Positions 27,162 to 39,066 of a stretch of 64,000 nt of DNA are shown in pieces. Both the position numbers and the translations under genes were made by a program. This DNA comes from Octopus sinensis (Eukaryota), in the NCBI RefSeq assembly GCF_006345805.1, contig NC_043017.1, positions 23,250,001 through 23,314,000 on the forward strand, written 5' to 3'. Numbering within the stretch: position 1 is the stretch's first letter; the number at the start of each line of letters is the position of its first letter. The notes beneath the pieces are model-generated. The model searched no databases and had not been told where the DNA came from. It worked only from the letters and a program-made list of their open reading frames with translations.

Positions 27162-27676
27162 GGATCTTTACCTTTTGACCGACAGATTTAAAAAATAATT
27201 TTTTTGTAACAAAACACTTTCAAACTTCGGACACTGGTAGAATGTGTCATATAAAACATCTTTTACTCTTAGCGTTTTTGAAAAAATCTTATATTTAGGA
27301 AGTTATTTCACGTTAAAGTAGTATTTCGGTAATTTCAACCAATCAATGACGTGTATTCAGCTGAATAAAATTACTGCCGTTGTTTATCAACAAGAACTTC
27401 CGGCGGTGTATATTTCGTTTGTCACTGTTATTTATGACAATTTTAAACCCTAAAACCTTAACCCTAACCATAACCCTAAAACCTTAACCCTAACCCTAAA
27501 ACCCTAACACTAAAACCCTAAACCCCCAACCCTAAAACCAGTACAAACGCACGAATGATGTCATAAATAACAGTGACAAACGAAATATACACCGCCGGAA
27601 GTTCTTGCTAACAAACAACGGTAGTAATTCTATTCGGCTGAATACACGTCATTGATTGGTTGAAATTACCGAAATA
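27162..27676. mobile_element. GGATC-ended palindromic MITE, right arm truncated
   Basis: Starts ggatctttaccttttgaccgacag; inverted arms around a (TAACCC/TAAAACCC)n core; near-identical to 37455-38075. Confidence 0.88.
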
Positions 27677-28814
27677 TAATAATACAACAATTTAAACGTC
27701 AATTTGCGGTGTTCGAGGTACCTACAACCACTACCCTGATTACGTCTTCTTTCTACGTATCCTCACCATATATTTCATGTATTTCCGGTCATTCCAGAAT
27801 CTTTCGTGAAGACGTCTTGGGTTAGATTGAGTGGAGGAAATACCCTGTGGATATTGAACATGTAAAAGTCTATAGGGTATTGTGAAACGTTTTACTAGAA
27901 GTCCATCTCTTCTTGTTCTATAATTTTTATTTCATTTTTTGTTCAATCATTTGCTTACAGTTCACTTGGAACATTTGTTTTCAGTTCATATACATGTTCT
28001 ATTACATCTTATTGACCTCTATAATGTCTGTGAATACCACTTCAATCAGGTAGGGCTGGATTCTTCTTGACTTGGATGGGCTCACTTTCATATGAGAAAG
28101 ACTTTTCCTCGTCAGGAGTATGCTTCTCTTCACGAAAGATAGGTTCTCGAGAGCATTTCCTCTTCGCATGTGCACTCCTCCTCATGTTTTTATTGCCTTT
28201 CTCTGTCGCTTTCTATGGGCCATTTTTGTTGTGTTCTTTAATATGCCTGCCGGCCTTCGTCCCCACCTCTTCACAAATGGATTAAAAGGGGCTGCTGTGA
28301 AAAGTGTCTTCCTGATGATTTAGCGATTTAGTCCTTGCAGTAGTTGCTGTTGTTGTAAAAGATTCTTATAGTCTGTCGATTGAGGCTAGGAGAGGATGCT
28401 CTTAAATCTTAGCTCCTAGAAATGAGAATAGGGTGATTTTTACCCCGACTCTACAATTGTTCCCAGTGTCACTATATCAAATGATATATATTTAAAATTA
28501 ATTTTAAAACAACCTAATCAATTTATATTGGTGGAGCAGAGCATAAAATCTTCGCCTGACTGACATTTCTATCTTTTGAGGAAAAAATTCATTATGTTTC
28601 TTAAAAACAAGTTTTTAAAATTCCATTTTTGATCAGTTTCGTCAGGCATCAATTCCCCCGTTTTGAAGTACACAACCAGGAGTAACTTTTCCATCTTTGA
28701 TGTTTTGTTCCTATATTCTTTTCCAGAATTAGATATCCAGACAAATTTTCTAAACAAATTAAATATCAAAAAAGCATATTGCATAACTCATCCATATACA
28801 TACATACATATATG

Positions 28815-29385
28815 GTGGCTGCCTCCTCGTTATCGAGTATGGCCATTGCACGAAGCTTAATCAATGTTGTTATCGTGCAATGCCTGTGCAAGAAGATTTT
28901 TTTTAAGTGAGGAAAGGCTGTGCACTGAGTCAATCCCACTCACTAAGCAACAGCAGACATAATCCGAAAAGAAGAACAAGTCAACATCATCGGTAACCAC
29001 TGAGCCGCAGGTTTATGTCGGAGTTATTCCAGTCACCTGAGTTACCATCTCCTAGAAGGATGCCCTAACAAAGGCTAGGAGTCCTTCACTCCCAATGGTT
29101 TAATCGCTCGATCGGGTATTCAGTTCGATTATTTCTATGTCCCCGCGCATGATACAGCCTTAAGACATTTATTGGATGGCCGTTGACTCTCAAGAGTTCC
29201 TCTGCCCTTTGACGGGTTTTGTTTTTCATCCCGCAGGGTGTCCAATAAACACCCTCCTCACCAAGCAAGCTTGGTGGGGTTGCCGGTTTAGTCGTCGACG
29301 ACCCGACCATGCAACAGGTTGTACTGGGTTACATGTTACCAGTAGCACTCGAAAGTGACCTGACATACATACATACATACATACA
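28815..29385 (-). mobile_element. Probable RTE-related non-coding element (5'UTR-like, hairpin-rich)
   Basis: Higher-GC island; minus strand has agggcatccttctaggagatggtaactc...aaacctgcgg, similar to RTE 5'UTR motifs as remembered; several short stems; no RT ORF. Confidence 0.45.
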
Positions 29386-31739
29386 TACATACATACATAC
29401 ATACATACATACATGTATGTAAGCTTTTCTTTTACAACAACCTACTGAAGTACAAGTATCTCTGCTGCAAATAATATAAAGAGTGTATTTCAGGTAATAA
29501 TTTTAAGTAGAATTACCATGATTCATATTCAACCAATAACTATTTTAACCAATAACTATTTTATATCGGGTATTCTTGTAGCATCTTCTTAAAATTGAAA
29601 GAACGAATAGTTGTTAAAGGATAACAAAAAGAACAAGACTCACTCGCTGTTTTCCTCTTTTCTTCTAGATATCTTTTCTTTACAATTCTACCGAAATATG
29701 GCCGGTCAAAATAAGCTATAAAACTCCAGTCAGGAAAAGAAACTAACACACGCATTTCCTGGTTATATACTATGGCGACAACAGTAAGAAAAACTAATGT
29801 GATCAATTGTGTCTCTGAAGATATTAAGATCTATATTGGAAACTTCTGAAGTTCTGACAAACGGGTAGATTTGATAATAGTATTTTGAGCTGATACAGGA
29901 ATGGAATCTGGACAAAGAAAATGTTTATACTTGATAGCTTAACGTTGGAAAACTGCTTCCCAAGCAAGAACAAAAAAAAAGTAAACATCAATGTCTAGTC
30001 TGCCTATCTCTTCTGTTCCACACATTGTGTGTTATAAATACCAATGTGCTGATGAAGACGCATCGTACATGGATGTTATGCACAAATAAATAATGTTTAT
30101 TTGCGTATAAGAATGTTATACCAGACTTTCAAAATTATGACAGTTCTCCTTGGAACAAGAAACTATCTCGCAATAGATTTGAAGTGCTAGTACCAATATC
30201 TGAAATATTTCACTGGACTATAGGTGAAAAGTCATTCCACTGATATCCTCAGTCGCAATAACATTGACGAGAGGGTTCCACAAAAACAGTGATTTAGACA
30301 GGCACCATCTCAATAAAAACGATGTAGAAAGAGGTTTAAAATTAATCAAAAGTCTTTGAGCATCGTATTTCTATATATTACTTAACTACTAGGTACTTGC
30401 TTGACAAAAGTGAGCGGGAAACCCTTAAGCACCCAAAATGCGGTCGAAAATGTTTATATCATTGTCAGAGCTACAAAACATTTCACACGATGGCTGATGA
30501 TGTAAAAGAGACATACTACACGGCAGCAGCACAAACATGTCATTGAAGTACTTACCTTCCTATGCGGAAGGCAATCTCATATAGGTTTGGGGGATGGTCC
30601 CAAAGCTCGCCCTCTGCTCAAAGAATATTCCCTATTTCGATTCTAATCCCATACAAAAATGAACGATCTCTCCTTTCATCCAAACTCCAATTTACCATTC
30701 TCGCCTACTTTTCATAACGTATGTGTGTGCGCACGTATGTAGTGGTGTATATTTTACAAAATGACATTTATTTACGATGGATTAGATACAAATGAGGGTG
30801 CAAATTAAAATGTTATTGCGTATGCTTGTTTATGTAAATGAGGCCTTACTTTCACGTCTAATTCCCCTCTGCATTTAGTTCTGGGTCAACTGGTTATAGT
30901 AAAAACGTGTGAAGCTGTCTATTTAAGTCCCCACTCCACGACTCTTCGTCTTACACCATAAAAAGGAGAAACATTTGTGGAACGTGTTCAAAGCGACTTT
31001 AGAACAACTGCAACTAACCGACCAATCAACCTTAATAAAGGTCAGTTGACATGAAAAAATGACGTCTACCTTCGAAAGATATCTCTGCTAAGGCCAATCA
31101 GAATTTCTTACTGTAAAATGAATGTATCTCGTTTTTCGTTCATAATAAATATTCTATTGGTACGTGCTTCCTTTCCTTTTTCCTTCCTTTTTTTTTTCTT
31201 TATTCTTTTCTAGCTTTCTTCTTTGAACATGCTTAATTCTTATAATCAATTCGGACTGTAGGAAAAACACTGAAAACTAATCTAATGCATCTACGGAAAG
31301 TCAGCTTAATAGAGGACATTTCTTCAATAGAAGATAAAGTCAACACTGCATGATAACAAAACACCCATCGATTTTATATTGCTGCCAAACTTAGCTTCCA
31401 CTCGCGAAAAAAATATCCGTCATATATAGGCGACCTATCTAGAGGAAAGATGTTTTCCATCCAGTTAACTCCCCGGAAATCAGTTAACACCTCTAGTCAA
31501 GCAGGTTGTGGAGAAACGAGAAAAGACACTCTTGTCTGCATTCACAATTTTATAATTAGAATTGGTTTTGGTCTGCCATGAGATGATGTGATGGCTAACG
31601 TTTCAAACAGGAACACTTCATCATGAAAGTAAAAAAAAAATTCAATATACTCTCGCCCGCAAATCATCACAAGCCTACCGACTCTAATATCTGTCTTAAA
31701 TTCACTGCTAGAAAAAATACTTTCTAATACTTATTTCTC

Positions 31740-32255
31740 TTGTTGGCACAATGTCGCGAATTTGCGGGGAAAGGTATTGTCGATTGAATCAACTTCACTA
31801 CTTTCATCTTATATTATTGACCCCGGAAGGATTTAAACTCAGAACATAAAGAGTTCTAACTGAACATCGCAAAGAATATTCGCTCTAACGATTGCGCGCT
31901 CCGCCGTTAACATTGACACAAGACCCACACATTTTAGGAGAGGGACAAAGTTAACTGAATCGGCTCACGATACTACTTTGTTGGTATTTATGTTGTCATT
32001 CTCGGAGACATAAAAGATGCCGATTTTTAACTCAATCAGAATAAAAATGAACCAAGATAAATATTGACTTCAAATCTTGGCACAAGGTCAGCAATTTCAG
32101 GAAAGGGGTTAAGTCTATTACATCGACCCCAGTGGTCAACTGGTATTTATTTTATCCCTGAAAAGATGAAAGGCAAAGTCGACCACGACGGAATTTGAAC
32201 TCAGAACGTAAAGACGGGCGAAATGCTGCTAAACATTTTGCCCGGCATCCTGACA
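31740..32255 (-). mobile_element. Two degenerate SINE family A copies
   Basis: ttgaactcagaacgtaaagacgggcgaaatgctgctaaacattttgcccggc near 32195-32245 and a weaker copy near 31780-31900. Confidence 0.7.
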
Positions 32256-33030
32256 AATTCAGGGCTGTGATACAACATCGAGGTTGGATCATAACTATGA
32301 TATGGCATAACTTCAAGGTTAAGGCATATCTTCAAGGTTATAGTATAACTTCAAGACTACAGTATAAAGAAAAATAAGAAAATTAAAACTTGGTCCTGTT
32401 TTGAGGTTGGATTTGTGATCTAGATTCCGTGTTACAATCTGATACAACAGTTTTTGTTGTTCTTTCCCCACCAACTGACATTATCCAGCAATTGTTTGGT
32501 ATTCGTCATTCCATAATGATTCATATTCATGAAACTCCATAGAATAAATAAATAAAAATAAATTTCTTGCTTCTACTTCCCCGATATCATCAAAAAAAAA
32601 TATCTAGCTAAATCTAAAAGCTTTTGACTTCAATCATAAACTGCTATTGCAATAGCATTCATTACAGATGCTCCCTTTTTACCTCCGGGCGACTAATAAG
32701 TCTCCCACTTCAAATCACTTTGTCCCCAATCTCCATTTGAATTGAAACAGGAGGCTGGAAAAGAGATAGACTATAACTGTAGTTTCACTGGGGAAGTGAG
32801 ATAGACTATGATTGCAGCTTCACTGGGGATTGTATATTTGAATTCCTCTGTATTCTTGCGTGAGCTAATTTTCATTAACAATTTATTATACGTCGTCATT
32901 TAACCCTGCTAATCATTCCACCCCTTGCAAAATTTCAAGTCCACAGAGTGACTCCCACACCGATTAATTTATATCTACGTAAAAGTCACTCTTCATTTTT
33001 CTTATTTTTCTCAGTTTTATTTGTATTTAC

Positions 33031-33138
33031 AACTCAACATATTATTAGTACTGGATGCTTTTTCCTCTTGTTTGCTATTGTTGGGGGTTGATGACGATGT
33101 TCCTGTTATTGGTGTTGTTTGTAATGCTGTTGCTTTTG
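33031..33138 (-). CDS. Candidate 108-nt phase-1/phase-1 exon encoding a Ser/Thr-rich segment
   Basis: Acceptor tttttttag, donor T|gtaaat; open frame KATALQTTPITGTSSSTPNNSKQEEKASSTNNMLS; frame-compatible with 38508-38639. Confidence 0.35.
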
Positions 33139-33632
33139 CTAAAAAAATATATATATTCCATTTCAATAGGCAATTTATAAAAGGTTTCCCCCACTACCAC
33201 CATAAAGCGCACGCACGCGCGCGCACATACATACACACATATGCACGTACGCGCACGCAGACACATTTTCACCCCACCCACTCTTTTAGATGATCACCCA
33301 ATAAATACAGTATTTCCAGTGTGCCATCAGGATAAATTGTCTTCAGAGATTGATTAGCAGGCGTTATCGTCGGAAATGAAGTGTGCCAAGCGTTTACCAA
33401 TAGACGTGAAAGATAGAATGTGCGTACGAATGCATGTGCGTATGTGTGCTTATGTGCATGTATGTGTGTGAAGCGTGTATGTTAATGTGTGTGTGCGTCT
33501 GTGTGTGTGTGTGTACAAATATGTATGTGTAGCTGGTGCGTCCCGCGCCTGCGTGCGTATGTGTGAGCGTGGGTGAGTGCTAGTGAGTGTGCGCCTGCAT
33601 GTGTGCGTGTGTGTGTGTGTGTGTGTGTTTGT

Positions 33633-33677
<45 letters not shown>

Positions 33678-33678
33678 T

Positions 33679-33718
<40 letters not shown>

Positions 33719-34444
33719 AAATATGTATGTGTAGCTGGTGCGTCCCGCGCCTGTGTGCGTATGTGTGATCGTGGGTGAGTGCTAGTGAGTGTGCGCCTGC
33801 ATGTGTGTGTGTGTGTGTGTATGTGTGTGTGTGTGTGTTTGTGTGTGTGTATGTGTGTGTGTGTGTGTGTGTGTGCAAGTATATATGTATGCTTGTATGT
33901 ATTAATGTATATATACTGCCGTTATGCAGCAAACGATAGCGCAAGGAACTAGACGACGTGCGTCATCTGGTTTTCTGCTTCACTGCTATGAATCCTAATC
34001 CCTTTGGGTATCGATAAAATAAGTTCCATAAGTACCAGTATTACAGTGGAGTTGAGTCAGTTTAAATATAAATAAAGAAAGAAAAGGAGCAACGACAGAA
34101 AGGAAAATGGCCTACTACCGAGACAAAAAACCAATTACATAAGAGTGTGTGTGAGAGAGAGAGAGAAAGAGTGTGTGTGAGTGTGTGTGTGTGTGTGTGG
34201 TGTGTGTGTGTGTGGTGTGTGTGTGTGTGTGTGTGTGCGTGTGTGTGTGCGCACGCATATGCGCGCGTATGCGTTCATATAAAAATGAATAAATGAAACT
34301 CCGTTTCAATGCAAACTTTGTGTTCATTCAATTAAAGTGTAAAAAAAAAAAGTGGCTGAATATTCCACATACACGCATATTTTTTAAGTAATTCCCAGTG
34401 AGAGTTAACTGACAAAGTTGTAACAAAGATGACGCGCACACACA

Positions 34445-34475
<31 letters not shown>

Positions 34476-34874
34476 CACACACACACACACACACACACGA
34501 ACTCGCTTGGAACGGGGTGGGGGTGGAGTTAAAAATTTTAATTACAAAACTTTTTGTTGTTGCTCAAATCCCAACAATGGACCTCCGCATCGTTATTCCA
34601 TAAAATGTGTTCTGAGCGGAGAAAAATATTGAAAAGCATCCATACATGTTAAAGTAACAAAGAAACGAGGAATGTACCAGGTGGTCGTGAGATGTGCTAG
34701 AAATAACAGCTAAATCTCCCTTAAATGACACACCTTTCCGTTTGAAAATTATTTTCAAATTATAAACAGAAACAAATTGGTTAAAAAGAACTTCAAAAAA
34801 ATGCCAAAGTTTTAGAATTCATGGGTGGGCGGGGTTAATGAGAAACTTTTTTAAAATTTCACTAGTTTCACGTA

Positions 34875-35296
34875 GGCGCAGGAGTGGCTGTGTGGTAAGT
34901 AGCTTGCCTACCAACCACATGGTTCTGGGTTCAATCCCACTGCGTGGCATCTTGGGCAAGTGTCTTCTGCTATAGCCTCGGGCCGACCAATGCCTTGTTA
35001 GTGGATTTGGTAGACGGAAACTGAAAGAAGCCTGTCGTATATATGTATATATATGTATGTATGTGTATGTATATGTTTGTGTGTCTGTGTTTGTCCCTCT
35101 AGCATTGCTTGACAACCGATGCTGGTGTGTTTACGTCCCCGTCACTTAGCGGTTCGGCAAAAAGAGACCGATAGAATAAGTACTGGGCTTACAAAGAATA
35201 AGTCCCGGGGTCGATTTGCTCGACTAAAGGCGGTGCTCCAGCATGGCCGCAGTCAAATGACTGAAACAAGTAAAAGAGTAAAAAAGAGAGTAAGAG
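34875..35296 (+). mobile_element. Full-length SINE family B
   Basis: ggcgcaggagtggctgtgtggtaag (A box), ggttcaatccc (B box), CORE-like domain, TA/TG microsatellite, (AAGAGT)-like tail. Confidence 0.93.
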
Positions 35297-35339
35297 TAGT
35301 GAATTTACGTTTCATTTTCTATTTTGAAAATAAAGAAAG

Positions 35340-35699
35340 TGGGGATTGCAATGGTGATCGCCGATTTCAAAATATTTGTTGATTTTAACCTTCAAGGTTT
35401 CTACCATTGTTTTTAAGTGTGAGGTGCATAAAGAAAATGACCAAAATCAGTAGTGAGTGAAGGAGGGGGGTTGAAACGATTCATAAAATTTTCATTTTTT
35501 TTTTCTACCAAAAAAGGCGTCTCTCATTGTTTTTAAGTGCATAGTGTACAAAATTGGACAAAATCGGTCCAGGAGGGGACGGGGTTTCATAAATTTTCAA
35601 AAATTTTATTTCATAAAAAAACAACCCCCGTACCCCATCATTTGCAAGGGTGTGGTAAAAAAAATGAAAATCACAGTCAACGACGGGTTACTTAGCTAG
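35340..35699 (+). mobile_element. Helitron-like non-autonomous element, 3' part
   Basis: Two diverged internal tandem units (cattgtttttaagtg...aaaatc...ggagggg...ttcataaa.tttc) and terminus gtcaacgacgggttacttagctag followed by t (CTAG|T). Confidence 0.5.
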
Positions 35700-36338
35700 T
35701 GTGTGTGTCTGTGCACAAGTGGGACCCACGAAACGAAAAAGATTAAGAAAAGCTATTTAAGAAAGTAAGGATGGTTTGTGCACTTCCAGTCGCAATAATA
35801 AATTATATGATTTGAAAATTTCCCTCTGCTAAGCACTTTATATTTCACTCTTTCTCTTTACCTCCTCAACAAACTTTTTAAGCATGTAATTCCTCTCTTC
35901 ATGTGCTTAACATTTCTCTCTTTTTCTTTACTTCTCAGTTCCACTAACCACATGAGTGACAGCATAATGCATCGGTTGGCTGTCTGCTCTCTCACTCACC
36001 CTCACATTCCTTCTTCCTCTCTCTCACACCTCTTCCTCTTTCTCCGCTCTAACAAACTAATATATTATTCATGTGTACATATGAAACAGTAATAGTGTAT
36101 GTGTGCGTGTATATGTGTATACGTGTGTATGCAAATGTACATGTAAATATAAGTGAATGTAGATGTTTTTATGCTTGTTTACTAGTATACTTAAGAACTA
36201 GTATATTTAAGAACCACAACTTTAAAAAGTAAGTATTGGAGACGATTCGCTCGACTAAAATTCTTTGGTGCTTCGGCATGGCCGCTGTCTAATAACTGAA
36301 ACAAGTAAATGAAAAGATAAAAGAACACACAAACACAA

Positions 36339-36400
<62 letters not shown>

Positions 36401-36402
<2 letters not shown>

Positions 36403-36791
36403 TTGCCGAACTGTTTCCGGAGGGAAACGCAATCTTTCAGGATGATAATGCATCAATTCACACAGCTAAAGCTGTTACTAAATGGCACGAGGAACATTCT
36501 AGTGAAGTTGAACATCTTATCTGACCGCCACAGTCCCCAGATCTCATTTATTATTGAACATTTTAGAAAAACAAGTAAGGAGTCGATATCCTCCACCATC
36601 ATCACTACAGGAACTGGAGACTGTTTTAGTTGAAGAATGGACAAAAATTCCTTTGGGAACAATTCAAACTTTGTACAAGTCCATACCTCGTAGAATTCAA
36701 GCTGTAATTATTGCCAAAGGCGGTCCTACCCCATATTAAAATAAACTTGTTTGAAATTTAAAGGTGTTTCCATTATTTTATCCTACCCCTG
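36401..36791 (+). mobile_element. Tc1-family transposon, 3' fragment
   Basis: IFQDDNASIHTAK...PPQSPDL.IIEH...LQELETVLVEEWTKIP...SIPRRIQAVIIAKGGPTPY* (stop at 36739), then TIR ggtgtttccattattttatcctacccctg followed by TA. Confidence 0.92.
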
Positions 36792-36808
36792 TATATAGTA
36801 ATGTATAT

Positions 36809-36920
36809 ATCACATGGGAAAATGCGAGCAAGAGAAATAATATTCTTAAGATTATAAACCTGGAAAATTACAAGACAAGTTATTACACTTGGAAGGGTTC
36901 GGGACAACTTATTACATCTG
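36809..36920 (+). CDS. Candidate exon copy, paralogue of 38508-38639, 5' end lost or replaced
   Basis: ITWENASKRNNILKIINLENYKTSYYTWKGSGQLITS then G|gtaaag donor; homology continues about 90 bp into intron-like sequence. Confidence 0.4.
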
Positions 36921-37057
36921 GTAAAGTAAAGAACAAAAAATTCTCACTGGAAATATTGCAGCTAAGGATAAGAATTCAAATAAAATATTTAGATTTGGAA
37001 AATATTAGCTTTTATTATGACTAAATATTTTATTAGAAGTTATTACTTCTATTTGTT

Positions 37058-37345
37058 CCTTCTCGAGCCATATCTGTCTCATAAGGGCCGGTTTCCCGAT
37101 TCCATCGGCGTATAGCTTCCCCGCCTGGACGGGACGCCGGTCCATCGCAGGTGAAATGCTAGATCCAGGAGGAAAGAGTGAGGAAAAGTTGTGGTGAAAG
37201 AGTCAGCAGAAGTTCATTACCTTCTGACCGAGCTGTGTAGATCTTAGGTGTTTCGCTCGTAAACACACACATCGCCCGGTCTAAGATTCGAACCGCGATC
37301 CCTCGATCGCGAGTCCGCTGCTCTAACCACTAGGCTATATGCCTC
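37058..37345 (-). mobile_element. SINE family D (V-like)
   Basis: Reverse complement matches 18375-18670 (tRNA-like head; gcgatggaccggcgtcccgtccagg). Confidence 0.8.
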
Positions 37346-37454
37346 ACATTACTGCTTTTTACTTCTATTAAAAATGAAAAATAAATGAAAAATATTCTTT
37401 GCACTTTAAAAAATTCATTCTTTAAATCATTAATTAATAATTAGAAATTTGAAA

Positions 37455-38075
37455 GGATCTTTACCTTTTGACCTACAGATTTAAAAAATAATTTTTTGTA
37501 ACTAAACACTTTCAAACTTCAGACACTGGTAGAATGTGTCATATAAAACATGTTTTATTCTTAGCATTTTTGAGTAAAACATATTTACGAAGTTATTTCA
37601 CGGTAAAGTTTTCGTATTTCAGTAATTTCAACCAATCAATGACGTGTATTCAGCTGAATAAAATTACTGCTGTTGTTTGTCAACAAGAACTTCCGGCGGT
37701 GTATATTTCGTTTGTCACTGTTATCTATGACAACCCTAACCCTAACCCTAAAACTAACCCTAAAACTTTAAGACCAGTACAAACGCACGAACGATGTCAT
37801 AAATAACAGTGACAAACGAAAAATACACCGCCGATAGTTGTTGTTAACAAACAACAGCAGTAATGTTATTCAGCTGAATACACGTCATTGATTGGTTGAA
37901 ATTACCGAAATACGAGAACTTTAACGTGAAATAACTTCGTAAATATAAGTTTTTTCTCAAAAATGCTAAGAGTAAAAGATGTTTTATATGACGCATTGTA
38001 CCAGTGTCCGAAGTTTGAAAGTGTTTAGTTACAAAAAATTATTTTTTAAATTTGTAGGTCAAAAGGTAAAGAACC
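37455..38075. mobile_element. GGATC-ended palindromic MITE, complete
   Basis: Long inverted arms ggatctttaccttttgacctacag / ttgtaggtcaaaaggtaaagaacc; central aaccctaaccctaacccta; flanks atttgaaa / atttggga (6 of 8 match, degenerate TSD). Confidence 0.92.
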
Positions 38076-38507
38076 ATTTGGGATAAAATAGGTTATAAAA
38101 AATAGTAGTAGTACATAATTAATCAGTACAATAAATAGAATAATGCAAAAATTAGTTATATATTACAGCAAAATCTACCTATAACAACAAATTTGCAATA
38201 AAATTTGCTTGAGTTATTGCCTAAGTTATTGGCAAGACTTCACATTTTTAGTCGTGACTCAGTGCCTATTTTCACATAATTTATTTGCCTACCATACGTA
38301 CTATTCTACTTTGCATAAAACTTTAACTATATTGATACTTCTGGCTCTCATTCTTTAAGTATTCTAGTGTGTCAATATTTTAACAAAATCATGGTACCTT
38401 TTTTTAATTATGTTACTTTGTAAATTAAAATCAAATAATTTTTAATATCCAAATTTTATCCTTAGCTGCAATACTTTAAGTAAAAATTTTCTTGTTCTGT
38501 ACTTTAC

Positions 38508-38639
38508 CAGATGTAATAAGTTGTCCTGAACTTTTCCAAGTGTAATAACTTGTCCTGTAATATTCCAGGTTTATAATCTTGAGAATATTATTTCTCTTGC
38601 TCGCATTTTTCCAAGTAATCCATGTTTTTGCAGGCTTTG
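38508..38639 (-). CDS. Candidate 132-nt phase-1/phase-1 coding exon, unknown protein (weakly lectin-like spacing of Trp residues)
   Basis: ataatag acceptor, TCT G|gtaaag donor; KPAKTWITWKNASKRNNILKIINLEYYRTSYYTWKSSGQLITS; versus the paralogue, 5 synonymous and 4 nonsynonymous changes and no indels in 37 codons. Confidence 0.5.
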
Positions 38640-38670
38640 CTATTATGCTAATTAATAATATGTCAAACGT

Positions 38671-39066
38671 AAGACGGCGTGCTAGCAGAAACGTTAGCAC
38701 GCCGGGCGAAATGCTTAGTAGTATTTCGTCTGCCGCTACGTTCTGAGTTCAAATTCCGTCGAGGTCGACTTAGCCTTTCATTCTTTCAGGGTCGATTAAA
38801 TAAGTACCAGTTACGCACTGGGGTCGATGTAATCGACGTAATCCCTTTGACCTTGTTTGTCCCCTCTATGTTTAACCCCCTTGTGGGCAATAAAGAAATA
38901 AGAAACGTTAGCAGGCCAGGCGAAATGCTTAGCGCGCCGAGGTCGACTTTGCGTTTCATCCTTTCGGGGTCGATAAATTAAGTACCAGTTGCGTACTGGA
39001 ATCGATCTAATCGACTGACTCCCTACTCAAAAATTTCGGGCCTTGTGTCTAGTGTAGAAAAGAATA
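38671..39066 (+). mobile_element. SINE family A tandem pair (second copy internally deleted, different tail)
   Basis: gacggcgtgctagcagaaacgttagcacgcc...taaagaaata, then agaaacgttagc...cgaggtcgac...gggccttgtgtctagtgtagaaaaga. Confidence 0.9.

Noticed and set aside
27700-28400. Minus-strand open stretches (e.g. ALENLSFVKRSILLTRKSLSHMKV)
   Set aside because: Bounded by stops, with no usable splice sites and no recognisable domain; probably decayed TE.
33300-33430. Minus-strand peptide IYPDGTLEI resembling an Ig-domain strand
   Set aside because: No splice acceptor upstream and no other Ig motif; likely chance.
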